Shown one piece after another: positions 37,527-50,394 of a DNA stretch of 64,000 nucleotides. The DNA lies in assembly GCF_018977255.1 (NCBI RefSeq), contig NW_024704742.1, positions 73,844,001 to 73,908,000 of the forward strand, in the 5' to 3' direction. Each line of letters starts with the position of its first letter. The stretch's first letter is position 1. The notes under the pieces were generated by a model. The model had not been told where the DNA came from, did no database searches, and was given only the letters and a program-made list of their open reading frames with translations. Both the position numbers and the translations under genes were made by a program. The stretch is from Callorhinchus milii. Taxonomy: Eukaryota.

Positions 37527-37815
37527 ATAATAATAATCCTTGCATTTGATATAGCGCCTTATCATGTCTTTGAGACGTCTCAAAGCGCTTCACAGAATAT
37601 ACTGTAAAGTGAATTGACTGTATATTTTGTGGGCGAAATGTGGCAGACAATTGTGCACAGCAGTGTCTCACAAACAGTGGTGGATTGAGTGACCAAATTA
37701 TTATCTTTTTTTAAAGGGATTATTACCTCACAAAAGCAATTCACCAATCAACTAGCAACCGGGTAGCTGTTTGGAGTAACAAACCTTGCCCAACGTTTCG
37801 CCCTGCCCGGGAATT
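37527..37815 (-). mobile_element. tRNA-headed SINE, long form, head truncated
   Basis: Family body and tail. Confidence 0.82.
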
Positions 37816-39477
37816 GAAATAAGGCTTTGGTTGTTAAGAAGAAGCATTAATGTATTCTTGCTTGCAGGAGGCAGACCTTTGTTACCAGGAACATGTAACT
37901 GAGGAGCTTGTCTGATAGATCAGCTCAAAAGAGATCCAGGTTAGGGGAGGAGGATAGTTATTAGGTGGTTGCTCACTGGATGAAGGCACTGAACCTTGGA
38001 GGGATCTGATCTTACCCAATTTCATGTTCTATATTAGATTCTTATAACTAGAGATATTTTGGGTGGACCTGTGTCAAAAGCTCTCTGAATGTTTAAAGAA
38101 AGTTATCACAGTGAGTGAGTCCCACTACCTACTGTACTCTATCTGTAACATCCTCGAATAAGTCAGGAGTTTTGCCAGGTGTGACCTTCCTTGCTGAGAG
38201 TTTCCTAAGTTATTACTGTACCGTCAGAAACATTCACGAGCTCACCACTGAGGAGTGAAAAGCTTATCCTGAAGAGTGTTACAATAGGGCCCGGAAAATA
38301 TCTTTCCCTTTGCCTCACGATTTGCCAGGGTTTGAGATTCATGGACATGAGGCTGTTAAAATATGTTGAGTTTTATATCCAGGATTGGGGAGGTGAGAGA
38401 TATTTTGTGAGCTGTGTTGAGAACTACCTCACTCTTTGCTAAAATCGATTTTGCAGGGCTAATCCCTCTTTAAACCTCTTTTAGAATATTCCTGTGCATT
38501 TTGAAATCTTAAAATTGAAGATGATAAAATTTTGAAAGGAAATTTCCATATGGCATGTGTCTCCCTGGTTTAATTAGGCTCATGTAACCTGTCAGTGAGA
38601 CCTCATTTAAATTAAATTTAACTATTATGTCACTCTATCACTTCCTGGGTTTCTGATTCCTATTTACATGGGTATCAGATATAATATAGTTATGAGTCTG
38701 TTTGCATCAGAATAGTGAAGGTTAAAAGCAGGTTTCATGGAGGATTTAAAAATGATAATACATAATAAGCCTTGCATTTGATATAGTGTCCCACTGTCAA
38801 GACATTTCAAAGCACTTCACAACATTTTACTGTCGAGTGTAGGGATTGTGTTTGTAGATGAATTAAGCAGTCAATTTGTGCACAGCAATGTTCCACAAAC
38901 AGCCATGAAGTGAATGACCAATTATATGCTGGGATTGTTGGCCAGGACACTGGGAGAAACTCCCTTTTCTTTTTAAGTAGTGCCATGGGATCTTTAACAT
39001 TCATCTGAATAGACAGACATTCTGAATATTTTTGAGAAAGTAAAGAGTGAAAGGGTCATTGCTGCTGTTTGGTAAACCAATAACAAGGACCATAACTTGC
39101 CACTGAAAAGGTTTAGGGAGAGGTTAGAACTAACATTTTCATGAAGAAGATTATTAGACCATGGAATTCTTTGTCACATGTGGCTATTGAGACTGTGACC
39201 ATAACGTTGAAAAGGAAATTGGATAAACATTCAATAAGAAACAAAGTATGGAGAAAGAAGAAAATGGTATTAGAGTGGTTGGGAATAGAGTAGTTAGCTC
39301 CTATGGATGGTGTAGCGCTATTTTAGGTTAGATATGACAAATGGTCCATTATTATGCTCCAATCATCTTGTTTACCAAAAACCTTGCCAAGTGTTTTGAA
39401 CCAAGATGAAACTTTAAATTTTGAACAGGAAGCTTGATGAGTGAGCGAGGTGATTGTCCACGTGAGACTGCTAGGTG

Positions 39478-40260
39478 GAGTCCTGTAACATAATAATAAT
39501 AATCCTTGCATTTGATATAGCGCTTTTCATGTCGGGAGGACGTCCCAAAGCGCTTCACAGAACACACTGTAAATAATAATAATAATAATAATAATCCTTG
39601 CATTTGATATAGCACTTTTCACGTCGGGAGGACGTCCCAAAGCGCTTCACAGAACACACTGTAAAGTGAATTGACTGTATATTTGTGGGCGAACGTGGCA
39701 GCCAATTGCGCACAGCAATGTCCCACAAACAGTCGTAGATTGAAAATGACCAATTTATTATTGTTTTTGGTTTTGGAGGGATATTATTAGGCGTGTGGAG
39801 TAAGGAAACTTGCCCAAGGTTTCGCCCTGTGCCTGGAATTGAACTCAGGTCTCTCACTTGCAAAGCGAGTGCTCTAACCACTGAGCTACAGGACTCCACC
39901 GTGGTTAGAGTGCTCACCTCACAAGTGAGAGGACCTGGGTTCAATTCCCGGGCAGGGCGAAACCTCAGGCAAGTTTCCTTACTCCACCCACCTCTGTTTA
40001 CCTAGCAGTAAGTAGGACCCTGGTTGTTAGTCAATTGGCGGATCGCTTTGCGGGGGAAATAATCCCTTAAAAAAAAGGAATTGGTTTAGTTAACCCACAA
40101 CTTTCTTTGGGACACTGCTGTGCACAATTTGCTGCTGTATTTCGTCCACAAAATATCCAGTCAATCCACTTTACAGTATATTCTATGAAGCATTTGAAAC
40201 TTCTCAACGACATGATAAGGTGGCATGTCAAGGATTATTATTATCATTATTATTATTATA
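39478..40260 (+). mobile_element. Long-form SINE whose head is split by the minus-strand SINE
   Basis: gagtcctgtaac (39478-39489) joins accgtggttagag (from 39898) to reconstitute the head. Confidence 0.8.
39491..39896 (-). mobile_element. Young short-form SINE with a duplicated 3' tail segment
   Basis: Full copy at 39572-39896 plus an extra tail copy at 39491-39572. Confidence 0.9.
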
Positions 40261-40875
40261 TCCGCCTAATTTATATATTAAAGCTCCTTTAAAAGAAATT
40301 CGAAACCGAGATGCCATCTGCCTGGTTCAGGAGGATGTCAAAAATCTCATGACTGTTGTAAAAGAGTTTGTCCTGGTGTTCTGACTAATACTTCTCCAGA
40401 TAAATTTGTTTGTGCAATCTTGCTGTGCACAAAATAGCTGCCATCAACATCAAGGTGGCTGGCACGTCACAAGCTTTCCCAAAAAGGTCCACCCACCAGC
40501 TGATGGAAGATGCCCATCAAATAGTTGAAACTCTGAAGCTTAGAGAGATAGCTGCTGAAAGGCATTACTTGGATTCCGAGTTCATGAACATGCATTTGTA
40601 AATCCAACATTTGGAGTCCACCTGGAGTTTCGTACCTCCAACTGCTGGAACTATGGGAAGGGTGTGTGCCCGAGCTGTGTCCAGGAACGCAATGCTCTCA
40701 CACGTTTGATGCTGAGTTGATCACTGATATTCTGATGGTTAGTCTGGAGCAATGTTATTAGGGGATCATTCTATGGAGGGTGATGTATGTACACTGGTCC
40801 AGTATATATTTGTTTTCCTTCATAGTATAATTTAGGAATTCATTCAGGCTTCTTGGCAGTCCAAGCAAATGCATA

Positions 40876-41130
40876 TCATAGAATCATAGAATTATACAGC
40901 ACAGAAGGAGGCCATTTGACCCACTGTGTCTGTGGCGGCTCTTTGAAAAGAGCTATCCAAATCAATCCCACTCCCCCACTCTCTCCCCATAGCCCTGCAA
41001 ACTTGCCCTCACAATTTTCATAAATTTTAAAACTTATTTTAGGTCTCCTCTTCACCTTCTCTGCTCCAAGGAGAATAATCCTAGCTTCTCTAGCTTCTCC
41101 TCATAACTGAAGTCCCTCATTCCTGGTATC
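40876..41130 (-). mobile_element. CR1 3' end fragment
   Basis: (CATAGAAT)n tail and 3'UTR. Confidence 0.8.
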
Positions 41131-41904
41131 ATAAGAGGATTTAAAATTTGAATCCAGCTTTTCAAATCCCCAATCTTGAGAAGACTAAGAATTCCTAAGA
41201 AAATCACATTATGGTCAAAGTTAAATCCTCCAGTTAAATTGAGTTCTGTACCTATTTCTTTGATCCTGATTTTTCATTGCATGTTTCTCTTTTAATATTG
41301 CAAGACTGTAAGACATCTCCCAAGAAAAGAAAGAAAAGAACCCAATCTATGCGGGAGGCCATAGAAAGAAGGAAGGCTTTACTAGGTGTCCACAAATGAG
41401 AACCACAGTGATTTTAAGCAAAAGACATCTCAAAACTTTTGCTCTTTGATTGGATTGTTGTCCTTTCCTGCACGCATTTATAAATTATACAGGCTAGAGT
41501 AAGGGCTTTCCAGCATCCAGTTGAAAGTATAAAAACATGAGGATTATGCAAAGCGTTATCCTCAAATTTGTACAGTTTTTGATCACTTATATCATGAGTA
41601 ATTATTCTCATGAATCTTGGCATTTAATATCCTCAGTAAAAGAGCTTGTGGCTATAATTAACTGTATCTATGCAACTGAGGAAAATGGTTATTAATAGAG
41701 AATAGTTATACAATACTTCACAAAACCTGTTTGTTTGAGGATTCTGCCGATGAGATCACATGGAGTCCAGGTGGATTTAGAAGAGTTCTCCAATATCACC
41801 AACTTCTTGCCTGGGACGCGCTGCAGAGGTGAGGGCAAGTACAGACCTGAAATTCATTCTTAACTGAGTCGTGCCAAAGCCATCACATTTGAATTTAGAA
41901 AAAA

Positions 41905-42150
41905 AGAGGTGAGGGAAAGCAGAGTGGGTCATGGCTTGGATGTGGGGAAAAAAAGACAGTTGAGGGTCAAACAAGACACCAAGGTTCCTGTTGGTGAGTT
42001 GAAGTGTGCAACCATGAGGGTGATGTTGCCAGAGCCTGAGGTGCTGACGTGAGCCAATCTGGAGGGCCTCAGTCCTGTTCACATTCAGCGGTAGGAAATC
42101 TGCCCTCATCCAGGACTTGATGTCCGACAGACAGTCTGTCAGCACAGCAG
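41905..42150 (-). mobile_element. L2 ORF2 fragment
   Basis: CLSDIKSWM...RNLGVLFDPQLSF. Confidence 0.85.
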
Positions 42151-42151
42151 T

Positions 42152-42272
42152 GGGCTGATAACTGGTACTACATATTGGACATGAGCTGATAACTGGAACT
42201 ACATATAGGACATGAGCTGATAATTGGAACTACATATAGGACATGAGCTGATAACTGGTACTATGTATAGGA
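42152..42272. repeat. 31-bp tandem repeat, about 4 copies
   Basis: Unit gagctgataactggaactacatataggacat. Confidence 0.93.
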
Positions 42273-42309
42273 AGTAAGAATAGGAAACACAAGCACCCCA
42301 AAGATGCCA

Positions 42310-42680
42310 AGGGATATAGCGGTGTTAAGTTAAATCAATGATTTAACAGTGTGAGGCAGCAATAAACAAGATAAACAGGATGCTGGGCTATGTTGCTAAA
42401 TCAGTTGAGTTTAGATCCCCAGACATCATCCTCAGGCTGTACAGTGCTCTGGTCAGACCACACCTTGAACGCTGTATACAGTTCTGGTCACCGCAACATA
42501 AAAAGATTGTCCAGGTTGTATAAAGGGTGCAGAGGAGAGCAGCGAGGATGATCCCCAGTGTTAGAGGAATGAGCTATGAGCAATGATTAGTCAAGCTCAG
42601 CCTCTTCAATCTCGAGAAAAAACGACTCAGAGGAGACCTCACAGACGTGTATCACATTTTAAATGGGATTGAAACTATTT
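42310..42680 (+). mobile_element. CR1 ORF2 C-terminal fragment
   Basis: RLYSALVRPHLERCIQFWSP...LFNLEKKRLRGDL; a related fragment lies at about 43735-44000. Confidence 0.82.
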
Positions 42681-45454
42681 GATAAAGCTGAAGTCAGACA
42701 GATATGATGAAATCATGACCCCCAAAGATTGACAAGCAGAAGAAAAATAGCTATTATTTTTACATTGCTTTATGCCAAAGCACGTCCCCTATAATTCTTG
42801 AATGCTCGCAGAAAAGCAAGGCAGAAGAGTGTCAAAATAACAATTAATATGTATGCTGCAACACAAAACTGCTAATAGTTGTAAGGCATTAAGAAACAAA
42901 ATGACTCAGTGTCATCTTAGGTATCCAGCTGTTTCCTCCAGCTGGGCATATTTTGCCTGCAGTGACCCATATGTTAACTTGATTGTGCTTAGTTTTGGGA
43001 TTAGAAATATCCTTGATTTTATGTTGGCAAAGTCTGATTTTCATTAGCAGTGGACGTGAAAGTGTGACCTTTTTCCATTTTGCTTTGTACCATTGTATAT
43101 TGGGTCAGTATGTCAGAGGCTCCGCTTGGTAAAAACAATCAGGTTGATTTACAGACAGATTCAATCTCATAGTTGTTGCGCACTAAAATTTCTTTTAACA
43201 AACGAACAGCTTTAGTAGGTCTGGTGAGTCAATTTACTAGACAAATAATAAATTGCAAGTCCTAAATTAGGCATATTGTGTATGCATTCTGTGCCTAATT
43301 AGAATAAAATTCATTTACTTGTCTTCCCATGAATTGCCTTTTGTCTCATTGAAGCTAATTGGCAGTCATGTGGAAAAGGAATCTTGTTGGAATAAGCCAA
43401 TATTCTCCCTCATTGTGTTCAGCAGTCTGACCTCAAGCTTGCTTACTTCACTACCTGATGGAAGCAAGCTTGGAGTCAGGCTACTAAGTACAACAAAGAG
43501 TTGATAAGCTACAGCTCCGATATCAACTCACTTATGTCGTTGCAAAATATTTACAAGAATTGGATTTTTATTCCAGTTTTTCATTTGACGTTAAAAATGC
43601 AAATTGATTTTGCCTTGCAGAAAAAATGGATTCCTAATGGAATTTCTCACAGAAACAAAAACAGTTTGGACTTATAAAGTACCTTTCACATAGGCTAGAG
43701 TTGTGATTGTAACCCTCCAGGTCCTGAATGGCCCCTTTATGCCATGATGACCAGAATTATACAGCCTGAGTATGACCCAGAGAACACATACAGTTCGGTC
43801 ACTATGATGTAAGGAGACTGCCCAGGACCCAGAGGTGTGCAGAAGAGAACAACAAGGATGATCCCAAGTGTCAGAAGAATGAGCTCTGAACATTGATTAG
43901 ACGAATTAGGGCTTTTCAGTCTTGAGAGAAGATGACTCAGAGGGGACTCAAAGAATTTTAAATGGGATTGAAAAGTAAAACCAGAACAAAACTTTAATGT
44001 ACCAAGTCAGTAGAACCCCTGAGGGGGTGTTTTGATCTATTTGATCTATTTGATCTCTATTTGAATCACCCGAGTGACGACAGCCTGGATAGCATCTCAG
44101 ATTTTATCCGCACGCCTTCAGACTCCCTTGTCTTAGACATCCCTTGGCTGTTGATGTTTAAGTGTGCTAATTAGTACAGTCCGTAAATTCAAATCCTCTG
44201 GTAAACCTACCTCAGTTACTGGACTCAGCACTGTTAAGGTGGGGAATTGTTTATCATGTAAAAGGTTATTAGAATATGGAATGCTTTGCCACAAGCGCTG
44301 TTGAGGCTGCAACTTAAAATTTACAAGGGAATTAGATAGTTATTTAAGGTATAGAACAGTAACAACTTGTATTTATAAAGAAGGATTTGGGGAGAGAGCA
44401 GGAATTGGGATTACAGTAAATAGCTGCAGTGGAGCAACTCGTCCCAGCATAGGATCAGTGGGCCAAATGCCCTGCTCTGTGCTGTAATCTTTCTATGATT
44501 CTAAATCACTATGAGTTCAACAGGATTTCACCCATCTCTGTTTGTTTATTGGTCTCATGTGACTCTTTTACTCATTAAAGTAAAATCAAACTCTACAGCT
44601 CTGCAGAGTTTAAGTCAAGTTTCTCCATGGTCTCCAATAATCTCAGGAATGCTTTTCACGTAATTATTCTTAGCTGCTTGAATGCTTGTAGTATAATTAT
44701 CCTTATTTCCGAGCTCCTTGGTGAAACTTTGAAACATCCATTTCCAAGAGGAGGCGCAAGGATGATAAAATCTCTGCTCTGTTGAAGGCCAGCAGTGAAG
44801 GGGAACTCTGCAGGATTTACCCGGGAGGACAATAAAAACAAGTGGCCAACATCCAGCAAATACTGCTTGAGCTCTAGAACTTTTAATATAAACAAGCCTA
44901 AGGTTCTGGACCACAAATTAGCAGCCATCTTCACCCACAAAATCTACAGTCACACCACTTGAACTAAATACTGTGAAGTACTTTAGATGTCTCAATGACA
45001 TGATATGGTCTATATCAAATGCAAGGATGATATTATAGACAGGCTCTAGACGGGTTTAGGTCCATGAACTTGTAACATGCAAACAAAATAAGTTAGAATT
45101 AGTAGAAAAGTGCTAGAATAGGTAAAATAGAAATAAAAACAGAGAATGGAACAGAAGAGAAAATAGAGGGAAAAGGGACTACAGGGCAAGCATATGCAAA
45201 GTTTTGTTTCTTTTTTATATTTATTGTAATGGTTCAGAGATAATATTTTGTAATAATGAAGCTGTACTAGTTTCTTTATAGTGTTTTAATTTCATTTTAA
45301 CGCGTGGAATGGTTCAGTACAATGCGACATAAGTCTAATAGCAGATTCATATATTGGTCTCATTTGAGATATGTCTTAGCAGGATTCCTTAATAAGACTA
45401 ATTTGAATCGCTCAATTAGCAACTCTTTCCCATAACAAGAAGTACAATACACCA

Positions 45455-45712
45455 AGCCACAGGGAGACGAGGAGAAATGTTTTTACCCAGAGAGTTGATA
45501 CCATCTGGAATAGACTGCCTGAAAGGGTGTTGGAAGCAGATTTGATAGTAACTTTCAAATGGGAATTGGATAAATACTTGAAAAGGAAATATTTGAAGGG
45601 CTATGGGATAAGAGCGAGGGAGTGAGACTAGTTGGCAGTTCTTTCAAACAGCCGACACAGGGACAATGGGCTGAATGATCTCTTTCTGTGCTGTAAGATT
45701 CTATGATTCAAT
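45455..45712 (+). mobile_element. CR1 3' end fragment, followed by a truncated SINE (45745-45913)
   Basis: FTQRV..WN.LP motif; gattctatgattc tail. Confidence 0.82.
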
Positions 45713-47174
45713 GATTCCAGATGCGACAAGTCCTCAACACAATCTACTTCAATCCACGAATGTTTGTGGGACACTGCTGAGAGCAACTGGCTGCCCTGTT
45801 TCGCCCACAAATATACAGTCAATTCACTTTACAGTATATTCTGTGAAGCGCTTTGAGACGTCTAGAAGATGTGAAAAGTGCTACATCAAATTCAAGGATT
45901 ATTATTATTATTATTTCCAATATGGAGCTCCGGTGGTCAACAAGAATCTTTATAATGGACCACAAAAAATACTGATAATCATAGGCAATGAGTGAAAATA
46001 TTCTTGGGTGGGAGTGGCTAAGTAACGCCCAGTTATAGGATTGATACCCTTTAAGACAGGCAAGCCGATCAGAAGTGAGGACACCCCAAAGAGCAGCCTA
46101 CCAGACCGATAGTGGGCGGGCATCACTGATGTGTTGGGAGCGGCGCAAGAGGGGGCCCTCCCGTCGAGTTGGGGCCGCTCGGAGGACTGGCTGTGGTACT
46201 CCTTAGGTCTTTCTCTTCTCACCTCCCCTTAAAGGGGTGAGCTATAGATAGATTTGGGAGGAGTGGGGAGCTGAGTCCCCTCTGTCCTAGCTACATACAA
46301 TACAAGTATATATTTATATAGCACCTTTCATATCAGGAGGACATCATATTCCTTGCTTGACACCCAAACTGGGGGTGGGAGCTGAGGATATGAAACCCAG
46401 AGTTAACTTTAAGTAATTTTTAATCCACCAATTGTGTCCCTAACCCTCCATATATTTCACTTATATTTACTTCTACTGGGATAATGTTCTGTGGTGACAG
46501 TTACCCTTTACCCAAGTGGTCATTATTCTTATGATAACAACAACAAAATTACATTTGTATAACGCCTTTCACGTCCCAAGGCGCTGGGCAATCAGTGTAT
46601 CATGAGTATTCATATCTCTCAGGCCAGCCCAAAGCTGTCTGTCTATCTACCAGTCAGGTTACCTAGATCAGGACCACTGAGGTAAATGGTGGAGCCACAA
46701 CTGATTAACAGCTGAGGTTGGCCTAACTTAGCACAGATCAGGTTTAAACTTACAGCTTTCTGCATATAGTCGAGTGTTGCACCAACTATACCATGAAGGC
46801 TTTCGAGTTCTTGCTATTATGGCAGCTGGTATCTCATGAAATAGTTATTGCCAATAGTGTTCCTGTCCTGTCAAAAACTGAAAAATGCACATTAGTGCTT
46901 TGATGTGTTTACCATCAATAAGCCACAGTGAACAAAATTCTAACCTTGATTATATTTTACAATTTTGAACAATGGCCAATAAAAGCTAAGAATATTAGGA
47001 ACTCTGTTTTCTTAAAATAATGTTGAAATATTAACCTGTGGAATAACAGTATAGGTTTCAAGGTCCAAAACTGATTCTTTGATTCATTAGCACCCATAAG
47101 AATAAATTAAAATAACGACAATTTAGTGAATGCTAAAGTAGTACATATATCCTGTAGATATCCTTCGAAAGTCA

Positions 47175-47450
47175 TGAATCATAGAATCATAGCACAAAAA
47201 GAGGCCATTCGGCCCATCGAGTTTGTGCCGGCTCTTTGAATACAGCAATTAATGTCAATCCCACTCCCCAGCCCTTTCCCCATAACCCTGCAAACCCGTC
47301 CTCCTCAAAAACCCATCCAACGTTTTTAAAAGTAGTTATCGAATCGGCCTCCACCACCCTTTCAGGTAATGCGTTCCAGATTCGAACAACTCGCTGCGTG
47401 AAAACATTTCTTCTCACCTCCCCTCTGCTTTTTTAGAGACTATTTTGAAT
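47175..47450 (-). mobile_element. CR1 3' end fragment
   Basis: RRNVFTQRVVRIWNALPERVVEADS; (CATAGAAT)n tail. Confidence 0.9.
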
Positions 47451-47544
47451 CTGTGATGCTATTTTGAAATTAGATCATTTATGCCCATCAGAGACTGAAA
47501 TATCTGGAAGAACGTTCAGCATTTTGTTATTGGTGTTACTGAGA

Positions 47545-47862
47545 CCCCCACTATAATGCACTCTTGATCCTCTGTGTTATTTGCTCTTTAGCTTATAAGC
47601 CACCCTCTGTAATGCTCTCTTGAGATCACAGACGTTCCTTTTAATGCTCTGTTGGGCCTGTAAAGCTCCCTTTGTAATACTCTCTTGAATCCTGAAGAGT
47701 GTTCTCTGTAATGCTATTGAGCGCATACTGCTCACTCTATAGTGTTCTCTCGAGTTCATAGAACTCCCTTTGTACTGCTTCCTTGAGTCTATAGAGCTCT
47801 CTATGTAATGCTCTGCTGTACTTGGAACATTTGGGTAATGCTGCCTTGAGTACATAGAACTT
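47545..47862. repeat. Degenerate ~33-bp tandem repeat
   Basis: Recurring ctccctttgtaatgctctcttgagt...atagaa-like units. Confidence 0.7.
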
Positions 47863-49319
47863 GCTTTTTTGGTTTGATATACCCTTAACCCTATAATTTA
47901 TTTGCTAAATGCTCTATAATGTATTAATCAGATAATATCCCTGAAGCTTAAGTTCTGCTGTTTGTCTATTTAGTTGTGTTACAGATTTGACGCTCTTCTG
48001 TTTTAAATATACATGAAAACAAGAAATAGTCTTCCATGTATCTTCTAAAGTTGCTCATAACAAATAACCAAATTTCAGATCCTCCACATTTTAATGCTGA
48101 ATAATCAACGCTGTTGATGAATATAATCAGTGATAATCTTGGGAATGTTAGAAATCTTGGGAGATCAATGATTAAAGTCAAATCCTACTTCAGCATCATT
48201 TCAAGCTCAATTTGGTTGGGCTGTTTTACACATAAAAGGTGATTTTGTAACTCAGATTTCCTAATACAAAGTAGCTTTAATATTTCTCCAAAACACTTCT
48301 CAACTACCTTAAAACCTTCTTACATTAAAGAATAAAGTACAGGTGATCATTGAGCATATTACTATACAGATATGACCTGGAAACAATAACTTGCATTTAT
48401 AGGAGGATAGACCTCAGGGGGAGGTAGTATAGCATAATGGACGGTTAAAGCCTATTATTACAACTTTTCATGAAGTTTACATTTTGAGCTGGGTTACTTG
48501 CTACTGCCAATATTGAAATAATAATTGTGGTTTCACTCCAGTGATATGTCGACCCGATGTAATATGTAGATTCTTTCAAAAGACGCAATATCCCTTTGAA
48601 ATAGTATTAAAATAAATTCACTTCAGTTCCACAATAATAACAACAACTTGCATTTATATAGCACCCTTCATGTAAGAATGTTTTTGAACACTTTACAGGG
48701 GAAGAGTCGGACACTGAACAAGGGAGAGGGGAGAGGGGGAGAGGTGGCCATAAAGTGGAAGAAAAAAGTCTGTTGCAAATAACTTCTTTTTCACATTCCT
48801 GATCCGCTCTCCTGAAAAGAAACAAGACTTCACCATGATTTCTCAGACCCGATTCCAATAACTTCATGTTCATGTACCTTGATGATGATATTCTATAACT
48901 TACATTTCTCCAGAGCTCAGAGCAGTGTTGTTTACTTCACCAGTGCATCAGCCTGAGCTGTTTGCTCCACAAAGCCATCCACCAGCTGAGTGACGTGCAG
49001 ATAAAAGAAAAATATGAATACTGAAAAATAAAAGAAAAGGCTGGAGGTACCCAGCAGGGCAGGCCTCATTTTCTCAGCATCTCTTTCAGATGCTGACTAA
49101 CTAGACTTGCATTTTCAGCACTTTCTGCAATTGCTTTTGCAGCAGCATCCCACTGTGAATGTTTTCTGGGCTTGGGTAGCAACGGTATATGGCATCAAGT
49201 TTTCTTAAGCAAAATGGGGCTAATACTGTGAACAGAAAGTATTACTCTAGTCTTCCCCTCTCCTTTACGTGTTTGAATAAAGAGGTTCTCTTTTGTTACA
49301 GTATTGACTGCGACAGATT

Positions 49320-49755
49320 TGCACAGTTGGTTGGTAGCACCTCTCACCTCTAAGTCAGAAAGGTTGTGGGTTTATGATCTCACAGTCATCAGGACATGAG
49401 ACCATGAAGTCAACTGACAGTCCAGTGCAGTGCTGGAGTGTGCTGCTTTATTGGAGGTGCTGTCCTTCAGATGAGACGTTAAACCAATGTCCTGTTTTAC
49501 TTTTCAGGTGGATGTTAAAAATTCCATGGCACTGTTTGAAAACAGAAGGGAGTTTCTTCTGGTGGCCTAGTCAGCAATCCATCAGATAAAATTGGTCACT
49601 CACATTATGACTGTTTGTGGAACATTGCTCTGTACAAATAGCCTGCCTCATCTGCCTACAAAACGGTTACTGCAATTTACAGTAAAGTTCCGTGAAGTGC
49701 TTTAAGACGTCCTCCCAAAATGAAAGGCACTACGTGAAATTCAAAGATTATTTAT
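49320..49755 (+). mobile_element. Old DeuSINE-type SINE
   Basis: Head to tail recognisable. Confidence 0.82.
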
Positions 49756-50394
49756 TGTGTATCACTGTGTCTTACAATTCATTTTTCAAAGCATCTCGTA
49801 AAAGACATAAGTAAAGCTGCAGCTTTTTGCTGCTCAGACAATTATTTACCTCTCACTCCTCCTGACTTGACTCACTAATATGTCCTTGCCCAACTGTTTC
49901 CAACTAATTCCTCCTAAACTAACCGTAGGTTGATATTAGCAAATCAGAACACTCTGGATTTATAATGTTTGCAATGATTTTGTCTCTAGACGTATTAAAA
50001 TAATATAACATTCAGTCTGCATTGTTTGCAGTTTATACAGTGAAAAACACTTATGTTATTTCAGTGCCCATTAACATAACTAAACCGCAGAATGGAACGA
50101 AATGAATGGGAGGTAATGAGATGTTCAGGGAATTATAGCTCATCAGACTGCCGCAGGTTACCTTCCAGTCAATTAAACTGATTACCTACTCAACAATTCC
50201 AACACAATTCAAAAATAGTGTTCGATGTCATGCATCTCCAATTACCATAATCCCAAGTAAATCTACTTTTCTGTTCTGATCTTTTAACTTATTCTAAACA
50301 AACATGCATTAGGTTCTGTTGGAGCTGATACGTGTTCCAAAAGTCAAGCCCTGAATCAGAACCTACTCACATCTTCATTGCCCATGTTGTAAAT

